Shown here: piece by piece, positions 9,599 through 18,727 of the stretch
Position numbering within the stretch: position 1 is the first letter of the stretch
Layout of the letters: each line of letters begins with the position of its first letter
Assembly (NCBI GenBank): GCA_963662315.1
Contig: OY759353.1
Coordinates: forward strand, 2,912,001-2,976,000
DNA from: Geopsychrobacteraceae bacterium
GTDB taxonomy: Bacteria; Desulfobacterota; Desulfuromonadia; Desulfuromonadales; Geopsychrobacteraceae
Length of the DNA: 64,000 nt
Direction of reading: 5' to 3'
Translations under genes and position numbers: made by a program
The notes under the pieces: generated by a model
What the model saw: the letters and a program-made list of their open reading frames with translations, nothing else
Database searches by the model: none
What the model was told of the DNA's origin: nothing

Positions 9599-11296
9599 CC
9601 TGAATCCGTGAGTTAACAAACTTAAAACTGTTTTCGATCTTTGACAATCAGCTGATTTTACAGTGCTTTTCTGCTATTCTTGAATCGCATCGAATTTCAC
9701 CCAAGGAGTTTTGGTTGTGACATTTCCCCGGTTCAAGCTTGAGCAGTCAAAGCAGGAATTTTACACCTCTCAGTCTGGCCTGGCTCTGGTCGGTGTGGCA
9801 TTGAATCGCTATACCTCGCTGGCTTCGCGGGTCGATAAAGCGGCTCCCAAACGGGGAATCGCCACGTCCGATGTCCTGCGCAGCTATCTGGGTCTGCTCT
9901 GTCAGGGTAAAAGCGATTTTGCCGCTATCCATCCTTTTTTTGAGGACGATGAGTTTTTTCGGACCTCGTTGGGGCTAACCAAAACGCCCTCACAGGAAAC
10001 ATTGCGGCAGCGTCTCGATCAGTTCGCCGAGGTCTTGCGGATCATCGTCGACTTCTGTTCGGTGGAGTTTCTCAAGAAAGCCAAGGCACAACTCTCGCCA
10101 TTGTCCACTGGGCATATGCCTCTTGATCTGGATGTTTTCACTCTCGACAACTCGGACACCAAGAAAGAGGGTGTCTCCTACACGTATCGAGGCTTTAACG
10201 GTTACGCCCCTCTTGGTGTCTGGCTGGGACTGGAAGGCTGGTGTTTGGAGATCGAACAGCGTCCCGGTTCCCAGCATGCTCAGGAAGGATTTATCCCTCT
10301 GCTGTTACGGGCCTTGCACAAAGCCCATCAGCTAACCGACGCCCCACTGCTGGTGCGACTGGACAGCGCCCATGATGCCCTGGCGACATTGATCGCCCTG
10401 AAAGAGCAGAAGGCCGACTTCATCATCAAATGGAATCCGCGCAACACCGATGTTCCGATCAAAGCCACGGAAATCTTTGCCCACGGCAAGCTGGTGAAAG
10501 ACACCAAGGACGAACGGATCGCCATCATGACGGAAACGGTTGAACGAACCTACAACGATGGCGAGGGCAAAGACAAAACCATCAAGGTACGTCGTGTTCT
10601 GCGTGCCTCTGAGCGCTGGTTTGATCGAAACGGTCCACTTCTGGTTCCCGATATCGAGATTGAAGGCTGGTGGACCAGTCTCTCCAGCAACAAGGAGACG
10701 ATCATCGAACTCTACAAGGGGCATGCCCTGTGCGAGCAGTATCATTCCGAACTCAAGACCGACCTGGATCTGGAGCGGCTGCCATCGGGCAAGCTTGCGA
10801 CCAACGCTCTGGTGATGAGCTGTGCCGGGCTGGCGTACAATCTGTTGCGGGCCATCGGCCAGGTCGGTCTGATGGACAAAAAACAGGCCCGTCGAGCCAA
10901 ACAGCGTCGGCGCCTCAAAACCGTACTGCAGGATTTGATGTACTTCGCTGCCCGATTTCTTCGTCACGCCCATGGCTTGATGCTGCGATTCAGTTGCCAT
11001 GCGATCAGGCAGGCACAGGCTTTCATCAAGACCTATGAGCATTTTGCCTATGACTAATGTCGAAACGCATCAGTACAGTGCTGAAAAATACCGCGGCCAA
11101 GGACGTGCACAGTCACGCACGTCCTCAATTTACAAAGGAGCAAGACGAACGAAAAAATAATCAGCTGAATTGTCAAAGAACGTAGCTACCTGTGCTCATC
11201 GGAGTAGATCAGGTCAGCTTTGAATCAAAATTGACTGCGAAAATGGGTTCGCAGGCAAAGCGTGAAAGTGCCGACTGGCTACCTCACGGATTCAGG
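9599..11296 (+). mobile_element. IS1380-family insertion sequence, copy 2
   Basis: Same IRs as copy 1; 5-bp TSD TCACA (9594-9598, 11297-11301); identical transposase translation. Confidence 0.95.
9711..11057 (+). CDS. IS1380-family DDE transposase
   Basis: Same protein as 6207-7553. Confidence 0.92.
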   Translation: MVVTFPRFKLEQSKQEFYTSQSGLALVGVALNRYTSLASRVDKAAPKRGIATSDVLRSYLGLLCQGKSDFAAIHPFFEDDEFFRTSLGLTKTPSQETLRQRLDQFAEVLRIIVDFCSVEFLKKAKAQLSPLSTGHMPLDLDVFTLDNSDTKKEGVSYTYRGFNGYAPLGVWLGLEGWCLEIEQRPGSQHAQEGFIPLLLRALHKAHQLTDAPLLVRLDSAHDALATLIALKEQKADFIIKWNPRNTDVPIKATEIFAHGKLVKDTKDERIAIMTETVERTYNDGEGKDKTIKVRRVLRASERWFDRNGPLLVPDIEIEGWWTSLSSNKETIIELYKGHALCEQYHSELKTDLDLERLPSGKLATNALVMSCAGLAYNLLRAIGQVGLMDKKQARRAKQRRRLKTVLQDLMYFAARFLRHAHGLMLRFSCHAIRQAQAFIKTYEHFAYD

Positions 11297-12145
11297 TCAC
11301 ATAGAACAAGAACTTTTATCTAATCAAAAGCCAAACAAGTTTAAGTTTGAATTGCCTAATATAAAAGAAATTGAAAACATTGGGAGATTAGATACAAATC
11401 TCTATCGTGAACATTTCAAGAAAATTGTTTTTCAAATTGAGAACTACACAAACGGATTTCAAACCATACAAGAATTAGGTTTCTCGCTTTCACGTGGACA
11501 AAACTTACAAGTATCAAATATTGGCGACAGCGTTTACAGTAAAAAGAAATACAACAAATTCTATACTTTGATGTTGCCTAAGTTTCTTTCAAAATATGGC
11601 ACTGTTGAAAAAGTAGAATATTTGGGAAATCCTAATCCATTAAAGATACTTCAAAAAGGTGACTTAATTTTTGGTGCAGAAGGTTTTGAAAAAGGAAGGT
11701 CAATTGTAATCATTGAAGAACAAGATAGAGTGATTACAAACATTCACGGTATAACAATCCAACAAGAAGAACAAAACGTTAACAAAGCAATCTTTGTAAA
11801 GTGTTGCTTAGATTATTTGAGAAGTAAAGGGCTAATTGACCTTTATGCAGTAGGTGGTAACGGTGGTAGTTTGGCTCAAAAGTATTGGGACATAATTCCA
11901 TTCCCAAAATTTGACAAAACGAAACAAGACGAAATTGCTTTGCTCTACCACAACCCAACAAGCATTTATCAAACAAACACATTCACGTTGGACAACTTTT
12001 TAGAACAAGACAACGGTTTCAATAAAACAGCAGGTATTTACGAGTTGGACAAAACAGCCAAACAATTAAAAGAAATCCTAGACAAAGCAATTGACGACAT
12101 AGCAAACGACAGAGAAGTTGATGTTAATTTCAAATAGGATGCCTA

Positions 12146-12507
12146 ATCGGGTAGCCGGGGGTTTTGCTCCCCCAGCCCCCACACCACCCGGCATGCGGGT
12201 CGCTACCCAAGCGGTTCGATGAAACTACCGGGCCGTAGCCGAGTAATGTCGCTTCACCCACAGGTCTTTGACGGAAACTAAACCCTGATCCTTCAGCCAT
12301 TGGTTGGTCATGCCGGAATGTGCCGCCAGTCTGCGGGACATGACCCATGGACCGTTGCGGTTCAGACCGGCCCGAATAGCGGTAAAACGTTCGGTTCCAA
12401 GAGCTAGCAGCTTCCGAACCTTGATCCGGCACCAGCGCCATTGTTTCCAGTAGCACAGCCGCACTCGCCGACGAATTCAGCCATCGACCTCCGGGATATC
12501 GTGGTAA
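12146..12507 (-). mobile_element. Group IIC intron 3' remnant in attC of cassette 2
   Basis: Same DV/DVI end abutting GCCTA. Maturase C-terminus ...DG*IRRRVRLCYWKQWR...WLKDQGLVSV with an in-frame TGA; 5' end lost. Confidence 0.85.
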
Positions 12508-12517
12508 AGCATTTTTA

Positions 12518-12751
12518 CGGTTCTGGCCATCAGGCGCGCATTGCGCCGTCGGCCGGCTGGTTAGATGCTGGAGGTTCCTTTGGAGAGACGAAGCCCGAGT
12601 ACGGACCCTTTAAAAAAGGGCGTTTTGTGCTTACTATTTGTCGCCCGCTTGGGACAAATAGTAAGACGTCGTGCGGGGCGCAACACCGCGACCGTGCTTG
12701 CTTCATTTTAATCATAAAAGACAACACCGCCGGGTCCCAGCCCGGTGGCCG
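12518..12751. repeat. Structured repeat, copy C
   Basis: Collinear with 4144-4377. Confidence 0.9.
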
Positions 12752-12841
12752 TTACCAGATGCCGCGCCGGAACAAAAGAAACCGGTAAGCGAGACAGGTC
12801 TCCCCGGATAAGAACGTGATCTGTCACTGTTTGGGCCGCAG

Positions 12842-13015
12842 TATTTACCGGCCCTCTTCGGAGGGTCTTTTCCGTTCCTAATTCAATTGAACAATTTCAG
12901 GAAATATAAGCTTACGAGTTCGTACGGTAAATTCATGAATGACCCATTTCAAATATCAGGATTAAACATTTGAATTTGAAGTTGAGTGCTTAAATTAATG
13001 AATTTCAAATATTGG
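12842..13015. repeat. 174-bp direct repeat, right copy
   Basis: Matches 3024-3197. Confidence 0.95.
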
Positions 13016-13142
13016 AATTTTTGTTTTGGTAGAGTCTCTATCGACTGACCTGCCGATTTTCACAACTTGCAAATTTCTATTTTGAAAAAGTAGAAGCCCC
13101 CTTATGCGGTTGAGCTAAAAGCTCTGAAGGGGGCTTAAAATA

Positions 13143-13449
13143 TCAAGCAGCAGCATTTTTCAACGCTGCTATCCGTCGGTAGACAGTGGTAACCGAAACG
13201 TTGAATTTTTCTGCAAGTTCTTCTTTGCTCAAAGCCTCATCCTTGATCCAAGAAGCCAGAGATTCTTCTTCGAGTTTGGAGAGCTTTGGTTTCCGGCCGA
13301 ACTTAACTCCGGTAGCCAGCGCCCGCTTGCAACCTTCATTGATTCTTTCCGTAATCAGCTCCCTCTCGAACTCGCCAATGACAGCAAGAACATGAAAGAT
13401 CAATCGCCCAGTTGGCGTAAAAGTATCCAACCTTTTGACCAACAATCAT
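13143..13449 (-). pseudogene. Serine resolvase/invertase with internal deletion
   Basis: GGAGG RBS and MIVGQKVGY, joined out of frame to DTFTPTGRLIFHVLAVIGEFERELITER...GVKFGRKP plus HTH; catalytic region absent. Confidence 0.85.
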
Positions 13450-13551
13450 AATTTACCTCCTTTCTCCCCTGACGGGGTGTTGTTATATTCCACTTGATCA
13501 ATACCGACAAATATTAAATAATAATACTATCGATTTTAAGGAGGTATAGTC

Positions 13552-13794
13552 ATGCCCAAAAATACGAGTGTCACCCTTGGTCCCCACTTTGAAAAATTTA
13601 TCGGTCAGCAGGTTGCTGCCGGGCATTATGGATCAGTTAGTGAGGCGGTTCGCGCCGGACTGCGATTGCTTGAAGAAAAGGAAGCCAGGCTGGCAGTTTT
13701 AAGGAAAGCCCTGGATGAAGGGGAAGCCAGTGGAACAGCAGAGTATTCCCTGGAAGGCTTGATTCAAGAGCTGGATGCTGAAGATCCGAAGTGA
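13552..13794 (+). CDS. parD: ParD-family RHH antitoxin
   Basis: TSVTLG.HFEKFI...G.YGSVSEAVRAGLRLLEE signature. Confidence 0.88.
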   Translation: MPKNTSVTLGPHFEKFIGQQVAAGHYGSVSEAVRAGLRLLEEKEARLAVLRKALDEGEASGTAEYSLEGLIQELDAEDPK

Positions 13795-13855
13795 TGTCCG
13801 CGTTCTCCATGAGAGCATGGATGTCGATACGCAGCTTGGCTCACCAGGCGGTTAA
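13794..13855 (+). pseudogene. ParE toxin remnant
   Basis: TGATG-coupled start (MSAFS) overlaps a ParE-type C-terminus VRVLHESMDVDTQL in another frame. Confidence 0.7.
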
Positions 13856-13967
13856 ACTGATCTACCTGCCAATTCCGGCGTTATCAAATGTCCTACCGCA
13901 AATTTGGGCTTTAAAAACAGGCTAAAATGATCTGTCTAAAGCGCTTACCTCTGAAATCAAAAACACT

Positions 13968-14246
13968 TTACGAGTCAGTATTTTTCCGGACAAAAGCGAC
14001 CTCAAGACCAAAAGGTTTTCCAATGGCCTGAAGGGTCTTTATCGTTGGATTACCCTTTTCTGTTTCAACATCCTGTAATGAGTCATGACTGATTTTAAGA
14101 ATTTTTTCCGCATAGTCTTTACGATTCATTCCTAGGATTTTGCGCATCAATCTTGACGCATCAGCAATCGTAATAGTTCCAGCATCGATTCTATCAAAAA
14201 GCTCTTTACGCAGTTCTTGAACTTTGTCATGCGAAGGTCTTTTCAT
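13968..14246 (-). CDS. XRE-family HTH protein (putative HipA antitoxin)
   Basis: ETEKGNPTIKTL...KPFGLE; ATGA overlap with hipA. Confidence 0.8.
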   Translation of the reverse strand: MKRPSHDKVQELRKELFDRIDAGTITIADASRLMRKILGMNRKDYAEKILKISHDSLQDVETEKGNPTIKTLQAIGKPFGLEVAFVRKNTDS

Positions 14247-15493
14247 AACGTGTCCCTCAAATTCACCGCGAGATCATCAATTCTTCTTGCAAGCCGATTT
14301 ATAATATCCAACTCAACACCACAGCGTTGCATGACGTCCGGCAAAGATTTCACTCTTGAAATATCTAACTTTAAATGGTTGCGAACTTCATTAGCTTCAA
14401 GGCCAGAGTACGAGAGGCTTTCAGCTACTTTCCCCCAGTCCGGTAGCTTCATGGGAGTTTCCTGTTCCCATCGTGCCGCTCTTGGTATCCCTTCTGGATC
14501 GAGGAACATCGGTGCAAAATCAAATAGAGGAGATATTGTGGTTTCCCATGGTGTTTTTAAAATTGCTGTATTACGACCATGATTATCAACATTACCCAGA
14601 GCAAGGTTTAATATGTCTCTCCGCAAGAACTCGAGTACTGCAGGTTTTGGATTATCAAGCAGCTTTTTCATAGCTTCACAGATCTGATTATTCGTAATGC
14701 CCGGGCCATATCCACTCCACTTGCAGATCGAGGTGGCAGATTCCAAACCAAATCTGAGCACTTTAGCATTGACGATAGTGCGATCGAAACGTTCGATAAA
14801 TAGAGCATTGTCTCCATAGTGAAGAGCCGGTCCAACCTTCAGGCCAAACTCACGAGCAACTTCATAATAGGGAGCCTCATTTCTTAGAACCATCCGGTCT
14901 TCGCCAGTCCTGCCCCGAGGAAATTTAACAATCCAATGGTTTTGGATGATTTCTTCTGGAAGAGCCCCTTCTGCATGCCAGCGACCCTTAAGATCCTGGA
15001 CAAGCAAAAACTTTGGCGCCTGCCCCTGCACAGAAGATGCGCCGGCAACCATGGCTCCGTTAGCCGCTGCATATTCAATGAAATCAATATTACGCTCAAC
15101 GATTTCATCGCGAGAGAAACCCGGATGTTTTATGATGGGAGTGTGCTCAACAGCCGAAGCAATACGTAAATTACCTGGTGGACAATTCGCGGCAAAACAC
15201 AATAGGGTCCAGTCGGTTTCGCGATCACCCGTTTCAAGCACATTGTGCTTGGCGAGCCAAGCATCTCTTGCTGCTCCTGCAGGAATCAGGTCAAACAAAA
15301 AAGCAGGCCATTCGTTTCTGCTGTATTCTTCAAAGTTGATATCAAAGTTCAGCCCGACTCGTGCCATTGGCATATTGTCATGCATGAACTCAGCGGCATA
15401 ATCGATGTCGTATGCCAGAAAGCGGTCACGACGATAACATGCAGCTGTATACCATTGTCCATTGAAATGAAGCTGTAGCGTAACCTCGTCCAT
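14243..15493 (-). CDS. hipA: HipA-family kinase toxin
   Basis: SVQGQAPK, IERFDR, GNVDNHGRN and SPLFDF motifs. Confidence 0.88.
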   Translation of the reverse strand: MDEVTLQLHFNGQWYTAACYRRDRFLAYDIDYAAEFMHDNMPMARVGLNFDINFEEYSRNEWPAFLFDLIPAGAARDAWLAKHNVLETGDRETDWTLLCFAANCPPGNLRIASAVEHTPIIKHPGFSRDEIVERNIDFIEYAAANGAMVAGASSVQGQAPKFLLVQDLKGRWHAEGALPEEIIQNHWIVKFPRGRTGEDRMVLRNEAPYYEVAREFGLKVGPALHYGDNALFIERFDRTIVNAKVLRFGLESATSICKWSGYGPGITNNQICEAMKKLLDNPKPAVLEFLRRDILNLALGNVDNHGRNTAILKTPWETTISPLFDFAPMFLDPEGIPRAARWEQETPMKLPDWGKVAESLSYSGLEANEVRNHLKLDISRVKSLPDVMQRCGVELDIINRLARRIDDLAVNLRDTL

Positions 15494-15516
15494 AGATTAA
15501 TACCCTTCCTATCTAT

Positions 15517-15579
15517 AACATGTTTATAACCCTATAAAAAATACGTGTCTATAGTTTTTGACAGGGTTATAAACATGTT
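15517..15579. promoter_or_regulatory. Perfect 17-bp inverted repeat upstream of hipA (putative operator)
   Basis: aacatgtttataaccct-N29-agggttataaacatgtt. Confidence 0.7.
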
Positions 15580-15711
15580 TTTTTATAAATCATTAGAATC
15601 GATGCTTAATTGATATATTTGCTAAACGAAAGAAAAGATACGAGCTAAGTTTTTTAAGGAAATGAAAAGGAGGAGATCCATCCAGGGTGGAAACCCGGAA
15701 TGAAATCAGTG

Positions 15712-16422
15712 CTACTTGTCGCCGGTTGGTACGATCCTGAATTTCACGATGGAAGCATGTCCTTCAAGAAAGCTGGAAAGCTGCTCAGCACCAGTATTAT
15801 TCAAGGTCCGCAAAGTCATACTGTGCCTTTTTTCATAGTCTTTTCTGTCAAAGAGGTAAGAGAAGTTTGCAATACTGAACCCAGCTTTTTCTACGAGTTC
15901 ACGCAGCTCTTTCTCATCTATGGTCGCATCACGAACTAAATGAACATCAAAATGGTAAAAGGTTTGAGCTGGCATGCGCCTTTCCAGCCAACGGAATGTT
16001 GAGAGAACGCCAACTGTTATAACCACAGCAATGAACATGGGAAAGTAAAAGCCTATTCCTGCCAGGACGCCAATCGCGGAGGTCATCCATATGGAAGCGG
16101 CTGTCGTTAGGCCACGGACGGACAGACCTTCTTTGATGATCACCCCAGCTCCGAGAAAGCCAATACCGGTCATGATCCCTTGAGCCATACGGGTTGGATC
16201 CAGACGGATAATCTCCGGCGCACTCTTCATCCAGTTGAGTTCATAGACGGTAACGAACATGAGCAAACAAGCTGCGGTACAGACCAGAGCATGGGTCCTG
16301 AACCCTGCCGGTCGACCATGGTAGGTTCGCTCGTAGCCAATGGTTCCCCCGGCAAGCATTGCCACGACTAATTTGATGAGGATCTCCAAATCGTTGGAAT
16401 TCAAATTTCTCCCCGTTCTCAT
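15712..16422 (-). CDS. MgtC/SapB family membrane protein
   Basis: IGYER...AGFRTH, GIGFLGAG and GLTTAASIW motifs. Confidence 0.92.
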   Translation of the reverse strand: MRTGRNLNSNDLEILIKLVVAMLAGGTIGYERTYHGRPAGFRTHALVCTAACLLMFVTVYELNWMKSAPEIIRLDPTRMAQGIMTGIGFLGAGVIIKEGLSVRGLTTAASIWMTSAIGVLAGIGFYFPMFIAVVITVGVLSTFRWLERRMPAQTFYHFDVHLVRDATIDEKELRELVEKAGFSIANFSYLFDRKDYEKRHSMTLRTLNNTGAEQLSSFLEGHASIVKFRIVPTGDK

Positions 16423-16540
16423 AAAATAGTTGAAAGGTAACCACCACGGTCGATCTCTATTGCTTATGCAGATAAATAATTATTTTATCTTAATCAAGAT
16501 CTCCTTAAAGTCAATCACAAAGAGAAGAAGACTCCCGCTG

Positions 16541-17485
16541 TTAAGCTGGACCGATCCCTGACAACAGTGTTTCAACCTCTGCCAGCGTCGGCATAGCACT
16601 CTGGGCACCGGCCTTGGTTACCGCCAAAGCAGCTACTGCATTGGCAGATACGATGGCATCATCAATCTTTTTACCATCCAACAAAGCCTTAGCCAAACCG
16701 GCATTAAAGGAATCACCTGCAGCAACAGTGTCAACAACCTCAACTTTGAATCCTGGGCAGGAGCGGAAACCACTATCATCAAGGAGAAAGGAACCGCGCG
16801 CGCCTGCTTTGATGATTATATTCTTTACTCCCCGCTGATGCAAAACCTTAGCTGCGCGTTCAATTCCGGCATCAGTCGAGGTATCTTCACCGGTCAAAAA
16901 TGCGGCCTCGGTTTCGTTGGGAGTAATAAAATCGATCTGGCGATACAAATCAACCGGGAGATCGCAAGCGGGCGCCGGATCAAGAATCACCGGAACTCCT
17001 TTTGCGCGCGCCAGTTCGGCTGCTAACACCACCGAAGCTAAAGGAATTTCCAGTTGCAGCAACACAACACCGGCGGTTTCGATGCTCTGTCGTTGGTCAC
17101 TGACAACATCAGGGGTCACCTGGTCATTCGCTCCGGCGACAATACAGATGGTGTTCTGCCCTTGGCCATTAACCTGAATCAGCGCTGTTCCGGTCGGAAC
17201 CCCGGGGACAGTCAAAAGATAATCCGGTGGAATCGCCTCGCCTTCAAGAACCTGCCGGTAACGTCCGCCAAAGACATCATCCCCAACGGCACCGACCATA
17301 ACAACATCAGCCCCAAGCCGAGCCAGCGCCACAGCCTGATTGCCCCCCTTGCCGCCCGGCAGCATATCAAAAGCATGCCCACGAATGGTCTCCCCTGGCT
17401 GCGGGAAGTTGTCGACCCTGACAATCAAGTCCATATTCAAACTGCCGATGACACAAAATTTCTGCTTCATGAGATATGACTCCAT
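16541..17485 (-). CDS. rbsK: Ribokinase (PfkB family)
   Basis: GSLNMD, GGKGGNQAVA, PNETEA and DTVAAGDSF motifs. Confidence 0.9.
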   Translation of the reverse strand: MESYLMKQKFCVIGSLNMDLIVRVDNFPQPGETIRGHAFDMLPGGKGGNQAVALARLGADVVMVGAVGDDVFGGRYRQVLEGEAIPPDYLLTVPGVPTGTALIQVNGQGQNTICIVAGANDQVTPDVVSDQRQSIETAGVVLLQLEIPLASVVLAAELARAKGVPVILDPAPACDLPVDLYRQIDFITPNETEAAFLTGEDTSTDAGIERAAKVLHQRGVKNIIIKAGARGSFLLDDSGFRSCPGFKVEVVDTVAAGDSFNAGLAKALLDGKKIDDAIVSANAVAALAVTKAGAQSAMPTLAEVETLLSGIGPA

Positions 17486-17591
17486 TCAAGAAATTTGTAA
17501 CTGGAACCTGTCTGAGTATACGGATCCTATTGTGTCAGTAATTCAAGCTGTTTGCCAACTTTTTAGCCAAATTCAATCCAGGAAAAAGATC

Positions 17592-18572
17592 TTACTGACG
17601 TATCGCCAGCTCATTATCCTTCAACATCTGCAGATCGTCATCCAGATTACGCCCTGCCGTGGTCAGGTAATTACCGACCATCATGCCACTGGCTCCGGCC
17701 ATGAAAATTGCCGACTGAAAATCGCGCAGATTAACGCCACGACCGCCACACACGGTAATTTTCTTTTCCGGCAGCAGATAGCGATAGAGACAGACAATGC
17801 GCAGGCAATCCATCGGTGTCAGCAGCTGCTGCCCCGCCAGTGGGGTACCTTCTACCGGGTTCAGGAAATTGAGCGGCACCGAGTCCACATCCAGTTCGCG
17901 CAGGGTCACCGCCATTTCATAGCGTTGCTGGCGTGACTCGCCCAGACCGAAAATACCGCCTGAGCAGACGGACATGCCGGACGCCTTGGCTACCCTGACC
18001 GTTTCTACATCCTCTTCGTAATCATGGGTGGTACAGATTTGCGGGAAGAAGGAACGCGCAGTTTCGAGGTTATGGTGATAGGTGCCGCAGCCCGCAGCAT
18101 AAAGAGCCTTGGCACTGTCAGCATCAAGTAATCCGATGGACGCTGATGGCACAACGCGGGTGTCGCGGCGAATATCGCGGATGGCGGCAAGAAGTTCATC
18201 AAACTCGGCACCCGGCTCAATGCGCGTACCACTGGTGACGATACCATAGCACCCGGTGCCGTTTTCCTGCGCTTCCCTGGCTCCTTGGAGAATCTCTTGC
18301 CGCGATTTCAACCCGTAAGTCTGAACAGCGACCTGATGATGACTCGATTGCGCACAAAAACTGCAATTTTCAGCACACATACCCGATTTGGCATTGATGA
18401 TGGAACATAGATCGACACGTTCGCCCAGATATTTTTCCTTCAGCTGCTGAGCCCCTGCCATAAATGCCGTCAGCATCGAGCCGCGGGCTGTAAGAATCTG
18501 CATGGCCTCATCACAGGAAAGAAGTTTTCCGGAGCGAACCAGTTCGACAAATATTTCGGCTATTTTCAGCAT
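17592..18572 (-). CDS. bioB: Biotin synthase
   Basis: CAENCSFCAQS, YHHNLET and GNYLTT motifs. Confidence 0.97.
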   Translation of the reverse strand: MLKIAEIFVELVRSGKLLSCDEAMQILTARGSMLTAFMAGAQQLKEKYLGERVDLCSIINAKSGMCAENCSFCAQSSHHQVAVQTYGLKSRQEILQGAREAQENGTGCYGIVTSGTRIEPGAEFDELLAAIRDIRRDTRVVPSASIGLLDADSAKALYAAGCGTYHHNLETARSFFPQICTTHDYEEDVETVRVAKASGMSVCSGGIFGLGESRQQRYEMAVTLRELDVDSVPLNFLNPVEGTPLAGQQLLTPMDCLRIVCLYRYLLPEKKITVCGGRGVNLRDFQSAIFMAGASGMMVGNYLTTAGRNLDDDLQMLKDNELAIRQ

Positions 18573-18624
18573 AGTTAGAGACTCCTTTTTGAAAGTTAAG
18601 CGGCAGGGTAGGCCATTCAGAGCA

Positions 18625-18660
18625 CCTTGTCAACCTGTTATAATTTTACGGTTGACAAGG
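18625..18660. promoter_or_regulatory. BirA operator 1
   Basis: ccTTGTCAACC-N14-GGTTGACAAgg between divergent bio genes. Confidence 0.9.
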
Positions 18661-18692
18661 CGGTTTTTCCTGTGCGACTGTCGCATCACGTA

Positions 18693-18724
18693 TCGTAAAC
18701 CATACCAAAGAAGCCGGTTAACTA
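18693..18724. promoter_or_regulatory. BirA operator 2 (degenerate)
   Basis: TCGTAAACC-N14-GGTTAACTA just before the bioA start. Confidence 0.6.
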
Positions 18725-18727
18725 ACC

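Larger units (their letters stand above)
8932..12137 (+). pseudogene. HsdS-like specificity subunit (two TRDs), split by IS1380
   Basis: Excising the IS plus one TCACA restores ...ILNH-IEQEL..., 500 aa. Two repeated TRD-like halves (LKQGDLII / LQKGDLIF; KIPMP / IIPFP). Confidence 0.8.

Noticed and set aside
6095..11296. Two IS1380 copies as one composite transposon insertion
   Set aside because: Each copy has its own TSD, and the sequence between them is the native continuation of the R-M operon.
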